Source of the DNA: an uncultured Ruficoccus sp.
GTDB taxonomy: Bacteria; Verrucomicrobiota; Verrucomicrobiia; Opitutales; Cerasicoccaceae
NCBI GenBank assembly: GCA_965140785.1
Contig: OZ223497.1
Coordinates: 96,001 to 160,000, forward strand
Length of the DNA: 64,000 nt
Direction: 5' to 3'
The notes below the pieces were generated by a model. The model was given only the letters and a program-made list of their open reading frames with translations, did no database searches and was not told the DNA's origin. This document shows, piece by piece, positions 1 through 8,730 of the stretch. The first letter of the stretch is position 1, and every line of letters begins with the position of its first letter. The position numbers and the translations under genes are program-made.

Positions 1-204
1 CTTCGTCTGATTTTTCTCTGAGTGCGGAAGGGATTCGTCAGTTGGAGCAAAGTCTGTCCTATTACTTCAAAAAGAAGGACTGGGGCCACGGCTGCCGGAT
101 CAATCATCGTCCACAGATGAATGAGCATTGGTTCTTAGTCAGTCACGGCGAGCGCTACAAGCGACATGGGAGGAGGGTCGGATGGGTACAATTGGCTTCC
201 GGCC
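1..204 (+). pseudogene. Frameshifted, truncated second copy of the hypothetical gene at 35859-36569 (5' part lies outside the window)
   Basis: Near-identical to 36295-36505; 7-bp deletion at the GCGACA-G-GCGACA repeat; similarity stops at 204. Confidence 0.85.
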
Positions 205-367
205 AGGACTACGCATACATGAGGCTCGAAAGCGTCTTCTTAGCGGGAAAGCCAGCGTCAAATCCGTGGCCCTGGATTTGGGCTATAGAAATCCGGGAGA
301 TTTTACCCGCGCCTATCACCGTTTTCATGGCCGGGCACCCAGTGAGGACATGCAGAGCAGCGGATGA
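205..367 (+). pseudogene. C-terminal HTH fragment of an AraC-family regulator
   Basis: LRIHEARKRLLSGKASVKSVALDLGYRNPGDFTRAYHRFHGRAPSE matches the AraC second-HTH pattern; no N-terminal part. Confidence 0.75.
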
Positions 368-508
368 CTTTCGATTCATGAAAATCATGCCCGTACATCA
401 ACATCTACAGTCAGACGGGAACTAACACGGACTCCGCCCAAAAAAGCTTAAGGGAAAAATGAGCGGGGGAAAGAAAAGGTGGAGCTCATGGGGAAACCCC
501 GGCCGCTA

Positions 509-1834
509 TCAAAAATCGATCCAGTTTGAATGAGCCTCCAGTAATTGCTCAGCCATGGAAATAACACCAGGTGTGGTTAAATGCGCGCACACTGGATCTT
601 CTCGTAATGCCTGGATGGCTTTTTTTCGGTCCTGCTCGAAGCAGGCATCGACGGTGAGCTTGTAGACATAGGAATAGGGGATGACAAAAGGTACAACCTG
701 ATCGGGCAGGCTCCCAAAATGAACGGGGCTGAAACCATCCTGGCTTACACGAACAGCCGTTTCCACGATACTACCCAGTGGCAAGTTACTGACCTGCCCG
801 CGATTGGGAACGTTTCCGACGTCGATAAAGGTCTTACCGAGATAATGGGCTTCGATGATGTCCGCAGCGGTTTCCTGCGAACGTTGCGAATAGCTCTCCG
901 GTATTTCTCCCTTGACCATCTCCTCGGTTTCCCGGCGGAACTGAGCGTGCTTGTCACGGCGTTCGGCAGTTGATGTACGCTGGATCTTGTAAGATTCCAT
1001 GCGCTCGCGATCCGTGATGTACCAAGGGAAGAATTCACAGGTGTGGCGATCCCCCAAGTAAGGAATCAGACCAGTGAGTCGAAAAAGCTCAGTGGCAACT
1101 TCACGGAAGCCTTCATTCTCCTCTTTTGGGGGGATCGCCGCTTGGTAAAGCTCAGTCAGGCTTTTGTCGGAGTTGCGCAATTCGTCGAGCACATCGTGCC
1201 CATTCACCCTTATCTGATCGCACCAGAAAAAGTGATTGATGCCTCCATAGTTAATACTGATGCCGGTTTCGTCTTCCAGACCATAACGCTTTTTAAGAAA
1301 CTCAATGTTCTCAAATAACCCATGGCATAATCCGACTACAGGGTTGTCCAGCATCCGACACAGCACATCGGTCAGCGTGCACATCGGATTGGTGTAGTTG
1401 AGGACTACCGCCTTCGGTGCGAGGCGACGAATGGTTTCGCCAATGTGCACAAAGGGCTTGTAGTTGCGTATCGCGCGCGCCCAGCCGCCGGGGCCTGACG
1501 TATCGCCCACCGTGTGAAAGATGCCAAACTTTTCCGGTATGCTGATGTCGAAATCCATGGCATCGAAACCACCGGTGGAAATCGTGATCAGAATGTAGTC
1601 CGAGCCCTCAAGGGATTCGATCTGACCGGAGACCTCGAATTCGCACCCCACTTTGAAGGATTGCCCGAGCTTTCTGAGAAAAGCGGCATTCAATTCAGCC
1701 GCCTCGCGATCAAGATCGAGCAACGTGAAACTTGCTTCGCTCAGGGCGGGCACAAGCATCATGTCCTTAACGAGTTTATTTGTCCAAGTGGGGCTTCCGC
1801 CGCCAATGACCGTGATTTTAGCTTTTTGGGGCAT
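509..1834 (-). CDS. Family 4 glycoside hydrolase (NAD+/Mn2+-dependent, MelA-like)
   Basis: KITVIGGGS, DTSGPGG, NYTNP, GLCHG, GINHFFW motifs; ATG at 1834 (alternative TTG at 1849). Confidence 0.9.
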   Translation of the reverse strand: MPQKAKITVIGGGSPTWTNKLVKDMMLVPALSEASFTLLDLDREAAELNAAFLRKLGQSFKVGCEFEVSGQIESLEGSDYILITISTGGFDAMDFDISIPEKFGIFHTVGDTSGPGGWARAIRNYKPFVHIGETIRRLAPKAVVLNYTNPMCTLTDVLCRMLDNPVVGLCHGLFENIEFLKKRYGLEDETGISINYGGINHFFWCDQIRVNGHDVLDELRNSDKSLTELYQAAIPPKEENEGFREVATELFRLTGLIPYLGDRHTCEFFPWYITDRERMESYKIQRTSTAERRDKHAQFRRETEEMVKGEIPESYSQRSQETAADIIEAHYLGKTFIDVGNVPNRGQVSNLPLGSIVETAVRVSQDGFSPVHFGSLPDQVVPFVIPYSYVYKLTVDACFEQDRKKAIQALREDPVCAHLTTPGVISMAEQLLEAHSNWIDF

Positions 1835-1966
1835 GGGTACAGTCGTCAATTTACTCAGGTTGAGCCAGCATGCTGGTGATGCGGTCTGTTGTTGCTCGCA
1901 ATAATAACATGATTATTTACTAATATCTTGCGCATTTATGCCAATATTGTCCAATATAGTAGGATT

Positions 1967-2839
1967 ATGTCCGGCCATTCACATGTACGTCAGTCTTCCT
2001 TGGGTTTCAGGGTCTGGCGCTGGCCCCTTGAACACAGACAGCAGAGGCATAAGCCGCACACTCACTCAGACATTGAAATTAATTGCCTCCTGCAAGGGCG
2101 TATCCGCTATGTGATGGGAGGGCATCTCTGTGATATCGAAGCGGGCGAGTTGGGGATATTCTGGGCGGGTATCCCGCATCAGATAGTTGAGTGGCACGAA
2201 CCTTTGGAGGGTATTTGGCTGACGCTGCCGTTGGATTGGCTGTTGCGCTGGCAAATCCCCGGCAACTTCGCGGAAAACCTGCTCGCGGGGCAGCTCGTTT
2301 GCCACCGTACGCACGGCAAGGAGGATGGTTTGCTCGAACAATTCCAAATCAAGCGCTGGCTGCGCGAGTTCAATGCGAAGCAGTCCGGAGCGCTTGAAAT
2401 ACTGCATCTGGAGGTTGAGGCTCTTATCCGGCGCCTAGCTCGCAGTTTTCAAGATGCTCCCCGCCAAAAGTCTGTGCCTGTAGATGACCGACGCTTACAG
2501 AAGTTTACTCACATCACCGACTTTTTGGCCGCCCATTATCTTGAAGATATTTCAATCGATGATGTCGCCCTTGCGGTACGGATGCATCCAAAATACATGA
2601 TGCAGTTTTTCAAAAAAACGGCAGGCATGACTGTTTTTAGCTATTTGCAGCGACTGAGACTAGCCCATGCCCAGCGTTTACTGCTCACGACGGACATCAA
2701 AGTCATTGACGCGGCCTATGAGGCGGGCTTTCAGTCCCTCAGTTCGTTTTACCATGCCTATAAACAATATTACCATGGAGCCAAGCCCACGCAATTACGT
2801 GGAAGAATGCCAGCCATTGCCGGAGGTAAGCTAACTTGA
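1967..2839 (+). CDS. AraC-family regulator, cupin plus HTH (MelR-like), divergent from GH4
   Basis: PHTHSDIEIN cupin, FWAGIPHQ, C-terminal AYEAGFQSLSSFY; ATG at 1967. Confidence 0.9.
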   Translation: MSGHSHVRQSSLGFRVWRWPLEHRQQRHKPHTHSDIEINCLLQGRIRYVMGGHLCDIEAGELGIFWAGIPHQIVEWHEPLEGIWLTLPLDWLLRWQIPGNFAENLLAGQLVCHRTHGKEDGLLEQFQIKRWLREFNAKQSGALEILHLEVEALIRRLARSFQDAPRQKSVPVDDRRLQKFTHITDFLAAHYLEDISIDDVALAVRMHPKYMMQFFKKTAGMTVFSYLQRLRLAHAQRLLLTTDIKVIDAAYEAGFQSLSSFYHAYKQYYHGAKPTQLRGRMPAIAGGKLT

Positions 2840-3119
2840 GCGGGGTTTATAGCAAAACGGTTGAAAAAGTGAAACGTCCTAAGGTTGTTACCGACGAGCC
2901 CGGAATCTTGAGCGTAGACGACATGGTTCGCCTTTTCCGAATGAACCAAAAAATTGATCCGGAGATATGCGGCCTGCTGGCCCTCGGAGCCTTCGCGGGG
3001 ATGCGGACCTCAGCCATCGCCAAGATGGACTACGAGGAAATCGACTTCGCCCAGCGCGGTATTCTGATCCCGGCCAGCAAAACGAAAAAGCGCCGCCGCC
3101 AGTGGATTGAGGGGTTGCC
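2836..3119 (+). pseudogene. Tyrosine recombinase/integrase fragment
   Basis: LALGAFAGMRTSAI (box I Arg) and IPASKTKKRRR (catalytic Lys region); no HxxR/Tyr; cut off by the element starting at ~3120. Confidence 0.75.
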
Positions 3120-3230
3120 GTGGAGTATGCGATTTCTGAGTTTCTTATTCCTTGGCAGCAACTTATGGTTTTTTGAAAAAGTTGTCTTGAAACCGCAAGT
3201 TTTACTTCTGCTAGCATGATGGCTGGCTGG

Positions 3231-3253
3231 GGGAAGCTGCGAAGCGCTGACCT
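3231..3253 (+). repeat. 23-nt mini-hairpin insert GGGAAGCTGCGAAGCGCTGACCT
   Basis: Absent from the homologous site in copy B (GGC TGG|ATG AAC, ~36623); present at 48963-48985. Confidence 0.85.
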
Positions 3254-3296
3254 ATGAACCGTCATCAGCAGCAAGTCATTGAATACTTGGTCGAGG

Positions 3297-3338
3297 TACC
3301 GAACTGAGGCGCAGCCTCGGCGACAAAGCGAAGCGCCC
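3297..3338 (+). repeat. 42-nt double mini-hairpin insert, hybrid of 36667-36708 and 37519-37555
   Basis: TACCGAACTGAGGCGCAGCCTCGGCGACAAAGCGAAGCGCCC. Confidence 0.85.
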
Positions 3339-3559
3339 ATGCCTGAACAAGATGATTTTCTTCAGCGAGGCAGCCTTACGGAAAGTCATCAGCGAATACG
3401 TGCTGCATTACCATCATGAGCGACCGCATCAGGGCCGCGATAACCAAATCATCGAGCCGGACGTAGAAACCTTTCGCAATCAAGGCCCGATCCGAAAAAT
3501 CGCACACCTCGGTGGTCTCCTGAATCACTATGGCTGAGTCCCACCTTTTGGCCCAGTAG

Positions 3560-4540
3560 CTATGATAGTTTTCCGGTCGGGTTATTGTGTTGGTTGGTTT
3601 GTTTTTTGAGGTTCTGGCGCAGAGAGGCCGTAGGCCGAACGGAGCCGGAACCTGTGTTTGGTTGTTTGGCAAACTGGGCGGGCGTGAGCAAGCCCAGAGA
3701 GCGGTGAGGTCTTTCGTGATTATGCAGATGCCTGTAGTCATCGAAGATGACGCGTGATTCACTGAGGGTGTAGATGAGTTCGCGATTGAGGCATGTCTTC
3801 GCTGCGCTCGAGTGTCGCCGTGCCTGAGGGCACAGGCTCGGTACGCGCCTAAACTTCTCGTTAAAACTCTCGACGAAACCGTTCTGCCAGGGGCATCCCG
3901 GGTCGATGTAGAGCGTTTTTATCTGGTTATCGGACAGCCAACGCTGGATACACTTAGCAATGAACTCAGGGCCGTTATCGGAGCGGATAAACTCCGGGGC
4001 CTCATGTTTGGCGATGGCCCCCTGGAGCAGCGTGAGTACGTCTTCGGCTTTGATCGCCCGGTCCGAATGGATGCAGTGGCACTCGCGTGTGTACTCGTCG
4101 ATGAGGTTGAACACGCGCAGCTTGCCGCCACGCTGGGTGTAATCGCTCACAAAGTCCCAGCTCCAGACATGGTTGCGACGGAGCGCCTCGGTCGGGAGCC
4201 CCGTGGACAAGCCCTGGCGACGCCTGCGAGGTTTGGGCGCGGGCACTTGCAGATGCTCCTCGCGACGCACCCGCTGCACGAGCTTCTTGCCCACGGCCCA
4301 GCCCTCATTACGCAGCTTTTGCGTGATCTTGCGGTATCCAAAAAACGGATACTTCCGGGACATCTTCACGATCTCGGATTCGAGCAAACGTTGTTTCTCG
4401 GGCAGGGGCTTGGGGCGATACCGGTAGGTCGAGCGAGCAATGCCCAGCCATCGGCAGACCTGTCTCCCGGAGCACCGGAGCGCAGACACCACCTTCGCGG
4501 CGGTGCTGCGCTGGCGATCCGGGCTCAGGCGTTTTTTTCC
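3560..4540 (-). CDS. IS3 transposase OrfB (DDE), with a 16-aa net in-frame insert
   Basis: GYRKI, WSWDF, RSDNGPEF, PWQNGFVESFN, HNHERPHRSLG; VPSLCPQARRHSSAAKT stands where E is expected in FRR-E-CLN; start approximate (frameshift fusion). Confidence 0.88.
   Translation of the reverse strand, partial: GKKRLSPDRQRSTAAKVVSALRCSGRQVCRWLGIARSTYRYRPKPLPEKQRLLESEIVKMSRKYPFFGYRKITQKLRNEGWAVGKKLVQRVRREEHLQVPAPKPRRRRQGLSTGLPTEALRRNHVWSWDFVSDYTQRGGKLRVFNLIDEYTRECHCIHSDRAIKAEDVLTLLQGAIAKHEAPEFIRSDNGPEFIAKCIQRWLSDNQIKTLYIDPGCPWQNGFVESFNEKFRRVPSLCPQARRHSSAAKTCLNRELIYTLSESRVIFDDYRHLHNHERPHRSLGLLTPAQFAKQPNTGSGSVRPTASLRQNLKKQTNQHNNPTGKLS
3795..3843 (-). repeat. 49-nt double mini-hairpin insert in IS3 orfB
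   Basis: Minus strand CGC G[TACCGAGCCTGTGCCCTCAGGCACGGCGACACTCGAGCGCAGCGAAGAC]A TGC. Confidence 0.85.
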
Positions 4541-4797
4541 AACGCGATCTCCAGAGCTTTGATCTGGAGCAACTGGTCCGCGACTATCTTTTTGAGCTGA
4601 TCGGCTTCCTTTTCCAGCTCCTTGAGCCGTTGCGCCTCCTTCACGCTCAACCCGCCATACTGCTTCTTCCAGCGGTGGTACGTCGGCGCACTGATGCCAT
4701 ACTCGCGGCAAATATCATCCGCGCGCATGCCTTCGCTCGCGCGAAGGATGCGGATGATCTCTTCGGTCTCCCTTTTTTCATATGATTTTACGGTCAT
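4525..4797 (-). CDS. IS3 transposase OrfA (HTH plus leucine zipper)
   Basis: DICREYGISAPTYHRWKKQYGG, RLKELEKE; ends at GGAAAAAAACGCCTGA, a -1 frameshift motif (4532-4538); start uncertain. Confidence 0.88.
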   Translation of the reverse strand: MTVKSYEKRETEEIIRILRASEGMRADDICREYGISAPTYHRWKKQYGGLSVKEAQRLKELEKEADQLKKIVADQLLQIKALEIALEKNA

Positions 4798-5204
4798 TCC
4801 TGACCGAAAAATCTATCAACAGCAATGGGCCAGTTTCAGGGGGCCCTGCCAGCTTCGTCTTCGGCGTGAAAGCCGTCTCTACCGGAGCGAGACTATTCTA
4901 GCTCGAAGTCGATTGCCGGTTTTGAACAGTACCTTGACGTTCATTTGAGTTCTGATCAGAGGATAATAATATTTGTGGAAAATCAGCTGTTTTATTGAAA
5001 AATATTTTCGATTTACATCTGCGTTTTCAGCGCGGTGTGTGTTAAAATCGATTCAATCGAATACTTTCTGCCAATAGCTTTCGTTCGTTGTTACTCCATA
5101 GATTATGCTGTTTCGCCAATGATCCGTTCGTGCATTTATAACACGGATTTCAATCAACACTAACCCTATGGTTCATAGATATTTAACTTACGATACCGCT
5201 TGTT

Positions 5205-5987
5205 ATGAAAAAAACGTTTTTAAATCAGCCCCAGCCAGTCCTTACCGCTATGTTCGCTGGTCAAACTTCGCATGAGCTCATTACTACTGCCAGACATGCT
5301 GAATATGAGGGGGCAAACGGACTGGGTATCAGCTTGGAGGATTTAAGGCCTGAGTTTAGAAATGTGGACTCGCTACGTGAGATTATTGAGGCCGTGAATC
5401 TACCGTGCATGTTTTTCTTCTATCGCCAGGATCGTCATCAAAACCTTGACGATGAGGCACGTCAGAAGGTTCTACTGGCATCGGCTTTGGCAGGGGCGTC
5501 AGTCATAGATGTGATGGGGGATCTCTATGACCCATCTCCGATGGAGATAACTTACAAACCCGAGGCAATCGACAAGCAGAAGCATCTTATTGATGAAATC
5601 CATGCCCGTGGGGCTCATGCCATTATCTCATCACATATGTCTTGCTCGCGGACAACAGATCAAGTGGTCGAGCATATGCTGTCGCTCGAAGCACGCGGGG
5701 CTGATATTGTGAAGATCGTGACCACGGTTGATTCTGATGAGGAGCTCGCTGAGGCTTTCCGCACGACGATGGTGCTTCGGCGCGAGCTAAAGACACCTTA
5801 CGTCCACCTATGCAATGGGAGCTATAGCCGCCCGCATCGCTGTATGTGCCCACTTCTTGGAGTCTCGATCTGCTTCGCGGTGCCGCAGTATGATTCGCGT
5901 TATATTAGTATGGGGCAGCCTACTGTGCGTGCCATGCGGACCATTCTTGATAACGTGCATTGGAATATTAACGAGATGTGCGACTGA
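5205..5987 (+). CDS. Type I 3-dehydroquinate dehydratase-like (AroD-like) protein
   Basis: IISSH and GADIVKIV motifs (catalytic His and Schiff-base Lys positions); TIM-barrel size. Confidence 0.7.
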   Translation: MKKTFLNQPQPVLTAMFAGQTSHELITTARHAEYEGANGLGISLEDLRPEFRNVDSLREIIEAVNLPCMFFFYRQDRHQNLDDEARQKVLLASALAGASVIDVMGDLYDPSPMEITYKPEAIDKQKHLIDEIHARGAHAIISSHMSCSRTTDQVVEHMLSLEARGADIVKIVTTVDSDEELAEAFRTTMVLRRELKTPYVHLCNGSYSRPHRCMCPLLGVSICFAVPQYDSRYISMGQPTVRAMRTILDNVHWNINEMCD

Positions 5988-6017
5988 TCTTGCATCGGAC
6001 AGATAATCTGACTTTGA

Positions 6018-6728
6018 CTAAAGAATAGTCTTTTTCTGCCTGAGTTCATGCCATTGCTCGGGGTCGTGGCCGAAGACAATATAAACACCTTGTTTGCTAA
6101 GAGCGTCGATTCTTTCCAGTGATTGTATGGCGGCTGAGGGTAACACGGTGGCGGGAGAGAGGCTGTGGCTTTCGAGTGTGAAACGGGTATAAGCTGCGTC
6201 TGCCGCCAGGAATATCCGCTTACCCCTGTCGCTTCGGAGTAACAGAGATTGGTGGCCGGGCGTGTGTCCTGGTGTGGAGAGCAACTGGATGCCATCTATG
6301 AGATCGTAGTCGCCATTCAGGTATGTCCACTGGAGCGGGTACTTGTTCTCTAAAGCGACACGCTCTTTTTCCGACACTTCACTACGCTGAAGATAACAGG
6401 GCACGTTTTCAAATGCCTCAAGACCTCCGGCGTGGTCGGTATGTAGGTGAGACAATATGATATGCGTGATGTCGCCGGTTCGTAGTCCCAGTTTTGCTAA
6501 CTGGCTGACCACATAATCGTCCATAGCCATCTGAGTGATATACTCACCCGTGCGGGGGGCGTTGATTGCCCGATTCGTGCTGCCAACATCAAAAAGTATT
6601 CGATGGTCTTCCTGTTCAATCAGAAAGAAGGGGACAGGAACTTCGTAAGGTTCATCGCCAGCGGCAATACCTTCTATGAGGCTGCGTCGTGTGCGTATAG
6701 TTCCGCACTGAAGTAAATGCAGTTTCAC
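6018..6728 (-). CDS. MBL-fold hydrolase, N-acyl-homoserine-lactonase family
   Basis: SHLHTDHAGG, TPGHTPGHQS, AADA, FGHD. Confidence 0.88.
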   Translation of the reverse strand: MKLHLLQCGTIRTRRSLIEGIAAGDEPYEVPVPFFLIEQEDHRILFDVGSTNRAINAPRTGEYITQMAMDDYVVSQLAKLGLRTGDITHIILSHLHTDHAGGLEAFENVPCYLQRSEVSEKERVALENKYPLQWTYLNGDYDLIDGIQLLSTPGHTPGHQSLLLRSDRGKRIFLAADAAYTRFTLESHSLSPATVLPSAAIQSLERIDALSKQGVYIVFGHDPEQWHELRQKKTIL

Positions 6729-7684
6729 GGCTCAAGGGTCAGTACTACTTTGCCAAGGTTCTCCTGGCGTTCAAGTATGGCGTGGGCCGCCTCTGCTTCA
6801 GGCATAGGCAAGGCTTGGTGAACAAGAACCTTAATTTTTCCTGAGGAGAAGGATGGCCACAAGCTCGCTTCGAGCCCCTTGAGTATCTGGGCTTTGGTTT
6901 CACTGGATCGGCTGCGCAGGGTGCTGCCGATCAGTTTTACCCCGCGCTTGAAAAAATCGAGCATGTTCAATTCGCTGGTGGCCGCCCCCAAGGTTGCAAT
7001 GACAATCCAGCGCCCCCCGCGAGCCATTGTCTCCAGGCATGGGCCAAGGTTTGGACCTGCCACGCAGTCCATGGCCACATCGACCGGATGCTCGGCCAAC
7101 TCTGTGGCGATATTCTGTTTTTTGCGGTTAATGACAACATCAGCACCGATCTGCCTCACAAAGCGTTCTTTGCTTTCTGAACCGACAGTGGTCACGACTT
7201 TCGCTCCCAAAGTCTTGGCCAACTGGATCGCCGCCATGCCCAATCCGCTTGCGCCTGCCTGGATGAAGACTGTATCTCCGTTTGTCATGCCGCCCTCGAT
7301 ACACAGGTTGAGATAAGAGGTGGCGAAAGCCTCAGGTATGGCTGCGGCTTCTATCATGCTAAGCCCCGCCGGGACTGGAAGCGCCATATCCTCGGGGACG
7401 GCCACTTTTTCCGCGTAACCTCCTCCGCCGAGTAGTGCACAGACTTTGTCTCCTCGTTTCCAGCGGGAGCTTTCCGGTGCTTCGATCACGGTTCCAGCTA
7501 CCTCCAGCCCTGGCCATTCGGGCCAACCGGGTGGGGGAGGGTAATTCCCCTCGCGCTGCATGAGGTCGGCTCGGTTCAGAGCGGCGGCGTGCACCTTGAC
7601 TAAAATCTCGTTATCGCGTGCGATGGGATCGGGTACCTGGGTCCATATCAGGCGCTTGTTTTCGTCGATGATGACAGCATTCAT
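6725..7684 (-). CDS. NAD(P)H-quinone oxidoreductase (MDR, PIG3-like)
   Basis: ALNRADLMQREGNYPPPPG, GLEVAG, AGASGLG, GSTLRSR; ATG at 7684. Confidence 0.9.
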   Translation of the reverse strand: MNAVIIDENKRLIWTQVPDPIARDNEILVKVHAAALNRADLMQREGNYPPPPGWPEWPGLEVAGTVIEAPESSRWKRGDKVCALLGGGGYAEKVAVPEDMALPVPAGLSMIEAAAIPEAFATSYLNLCIEGGMTNGDTVFIQAGASGLGMAAIQLAKTLGAKVVTTVGSESKERFVRQIGADVVINRKKQNIATELAEHPVDVAMDCVAGPNLGPCLETMARGGRWIVIATLGAATSELNMLDFFKRGVKLIGSTLRSRSSETKAQILKGLEASLWPSFSSGKIKVLVHQALPMPEAEAAHAILERQENLGKVVLTLEP

Positions 7685-7725
7685 GTTTTTGCTTTCAGTA
7701 AGTGTTGAGTGGGTAAATGATCGAT

Positions 7726-8469
7726 TCAACCGAGTCCGCCGCAACTGCGACCACCATCAATGAGATAATTCGTCCCGGTAATGAAAGCGGCGTCTTCAGA
7801 GCTGAGGTAGAGGATGAGCCGGGTGACTTCTTCTGGCTCTGCGGCACGACCTAATGGCGTTTTCATCTTTGCCATAGCTGCGCGGGTCAGTACTGGGCCG
7901 GGTGAGACACAGCAGGCGCGTATGCCATGTGGGGCTCCGTAAAGGGCAAGAGATTTTGTCAGAGCGATCATGCCACTCTTGGAAGCACTATAAACGATAT
8001 CGCTAGATGTTCCAGTGACGCCGTCTACCGAACCCATATTAATGATGATGCCGTTTTTTTGCTTCATCATTTCGGGCAGAACTGCCCGACAGAAATAGAT
8101 TGGTCCCTTGAAATTGACATCCGCACCCCAGTCTATGGCTGAAATGTCCATTTGATCAAAACCTCCACTGCAACCGAATACCCGCAAGGGGCTGCCTCCG
8201 GCGCTGTTGAGAAGGATATCGATGTGTCCGAACTGGTCTCGTGCGCACTCAACGGCGTTTTGCACCTGTTCGTAGTCGCGTACATCGACAGCGATTCCTA
8301 ACGCTTCAGCGCCCTTTGCGCGAATTGCGTCTGCGGCCTTCTCGACAGAATCGCCGTTTACGTCTGTTAGGATGACTTTCGCCCCCTCGTTCGCGTATTG
8401 TTGGGCACTGAGTAGCCCCATGCCCGAGGCCGCTCCTGTGATTATCGCTACCTTATTACTGAATCTCAT
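7726..8469 (-). CDS. SDR-family oxidoreductase
   Basis: TGAASGMG, YSASK, ITGTNYLIDGG. Confidence 0.92.
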   Translation of the reverse strand: MRFSNKVAIITGAASGMGLLSAQQYANEGAKVILTDVNGDSVEKAADAIRAKGAEALGIAVDVRDYEQVQNAVECARDQFGHIDILLNSAGGSPLRVFGCSGGFDQMDISAIDWGADVNFKGPIYFCRAVLPEMMKQKNGIIINMGSVDGVTGTSSDIVYSASKSGMIALTKSLALYGAPHGIRACCVSPGPVLTRAAMAKMKTPLGRAAEPEEVTRLILYLSSEDAAFITGTNYLIDGGRSCGGLG

Positions 8470-8730
8470 CTGTAAAAATGTGTTGGGGGTTTGGTTTGGT
8501 GAGGACGACTGTAAGTCTCAAGTATAGAGACTTTTGTGTTCTTTTTGCGTGTTGCTATGTCTGTGAGTAATGTAAATCAATAGGCAATTGATGGTCAATA
8601 TGATTGATTTCATTCAGCGAATGTAATTTTCTTGGACTATGCAGGCTTTTGAAAAGGAGGGAGAAACTCTTGGCGGTGTACTGAAAACTTTCAGGCATAT
8701 TTGAAAAAACATCTTTTTACAACTGGGGCC

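Larger units (their letters stand above)
3120..3530 (+). mobile_element. Internally deleted rve/DDE element (copy A) with hairpin inserts, truncated by IS3
   Basis: 5' part matches 48852-49025 and 36606-36708; 3339-3530 matches 37556-37747. Confidence 0.85.
3531..4851 (-). mobile_element. IS3-family insertion sequence (~1.32 kb)
   Basis: Imperfect terminal inverted repeats TGGCTGAGTCCCACCTTTTGGCCCA / TGGCAGGGCCCCCTGAAACTGGCCCA; orfA and orfB with an A7 slippery site; no target duplication visible. Confidence 0.92.

Noticed and set aside
42..425. 127-aa ORF as a real gene
   Set aside because: Read-through across a frameshift and a chimeric junction
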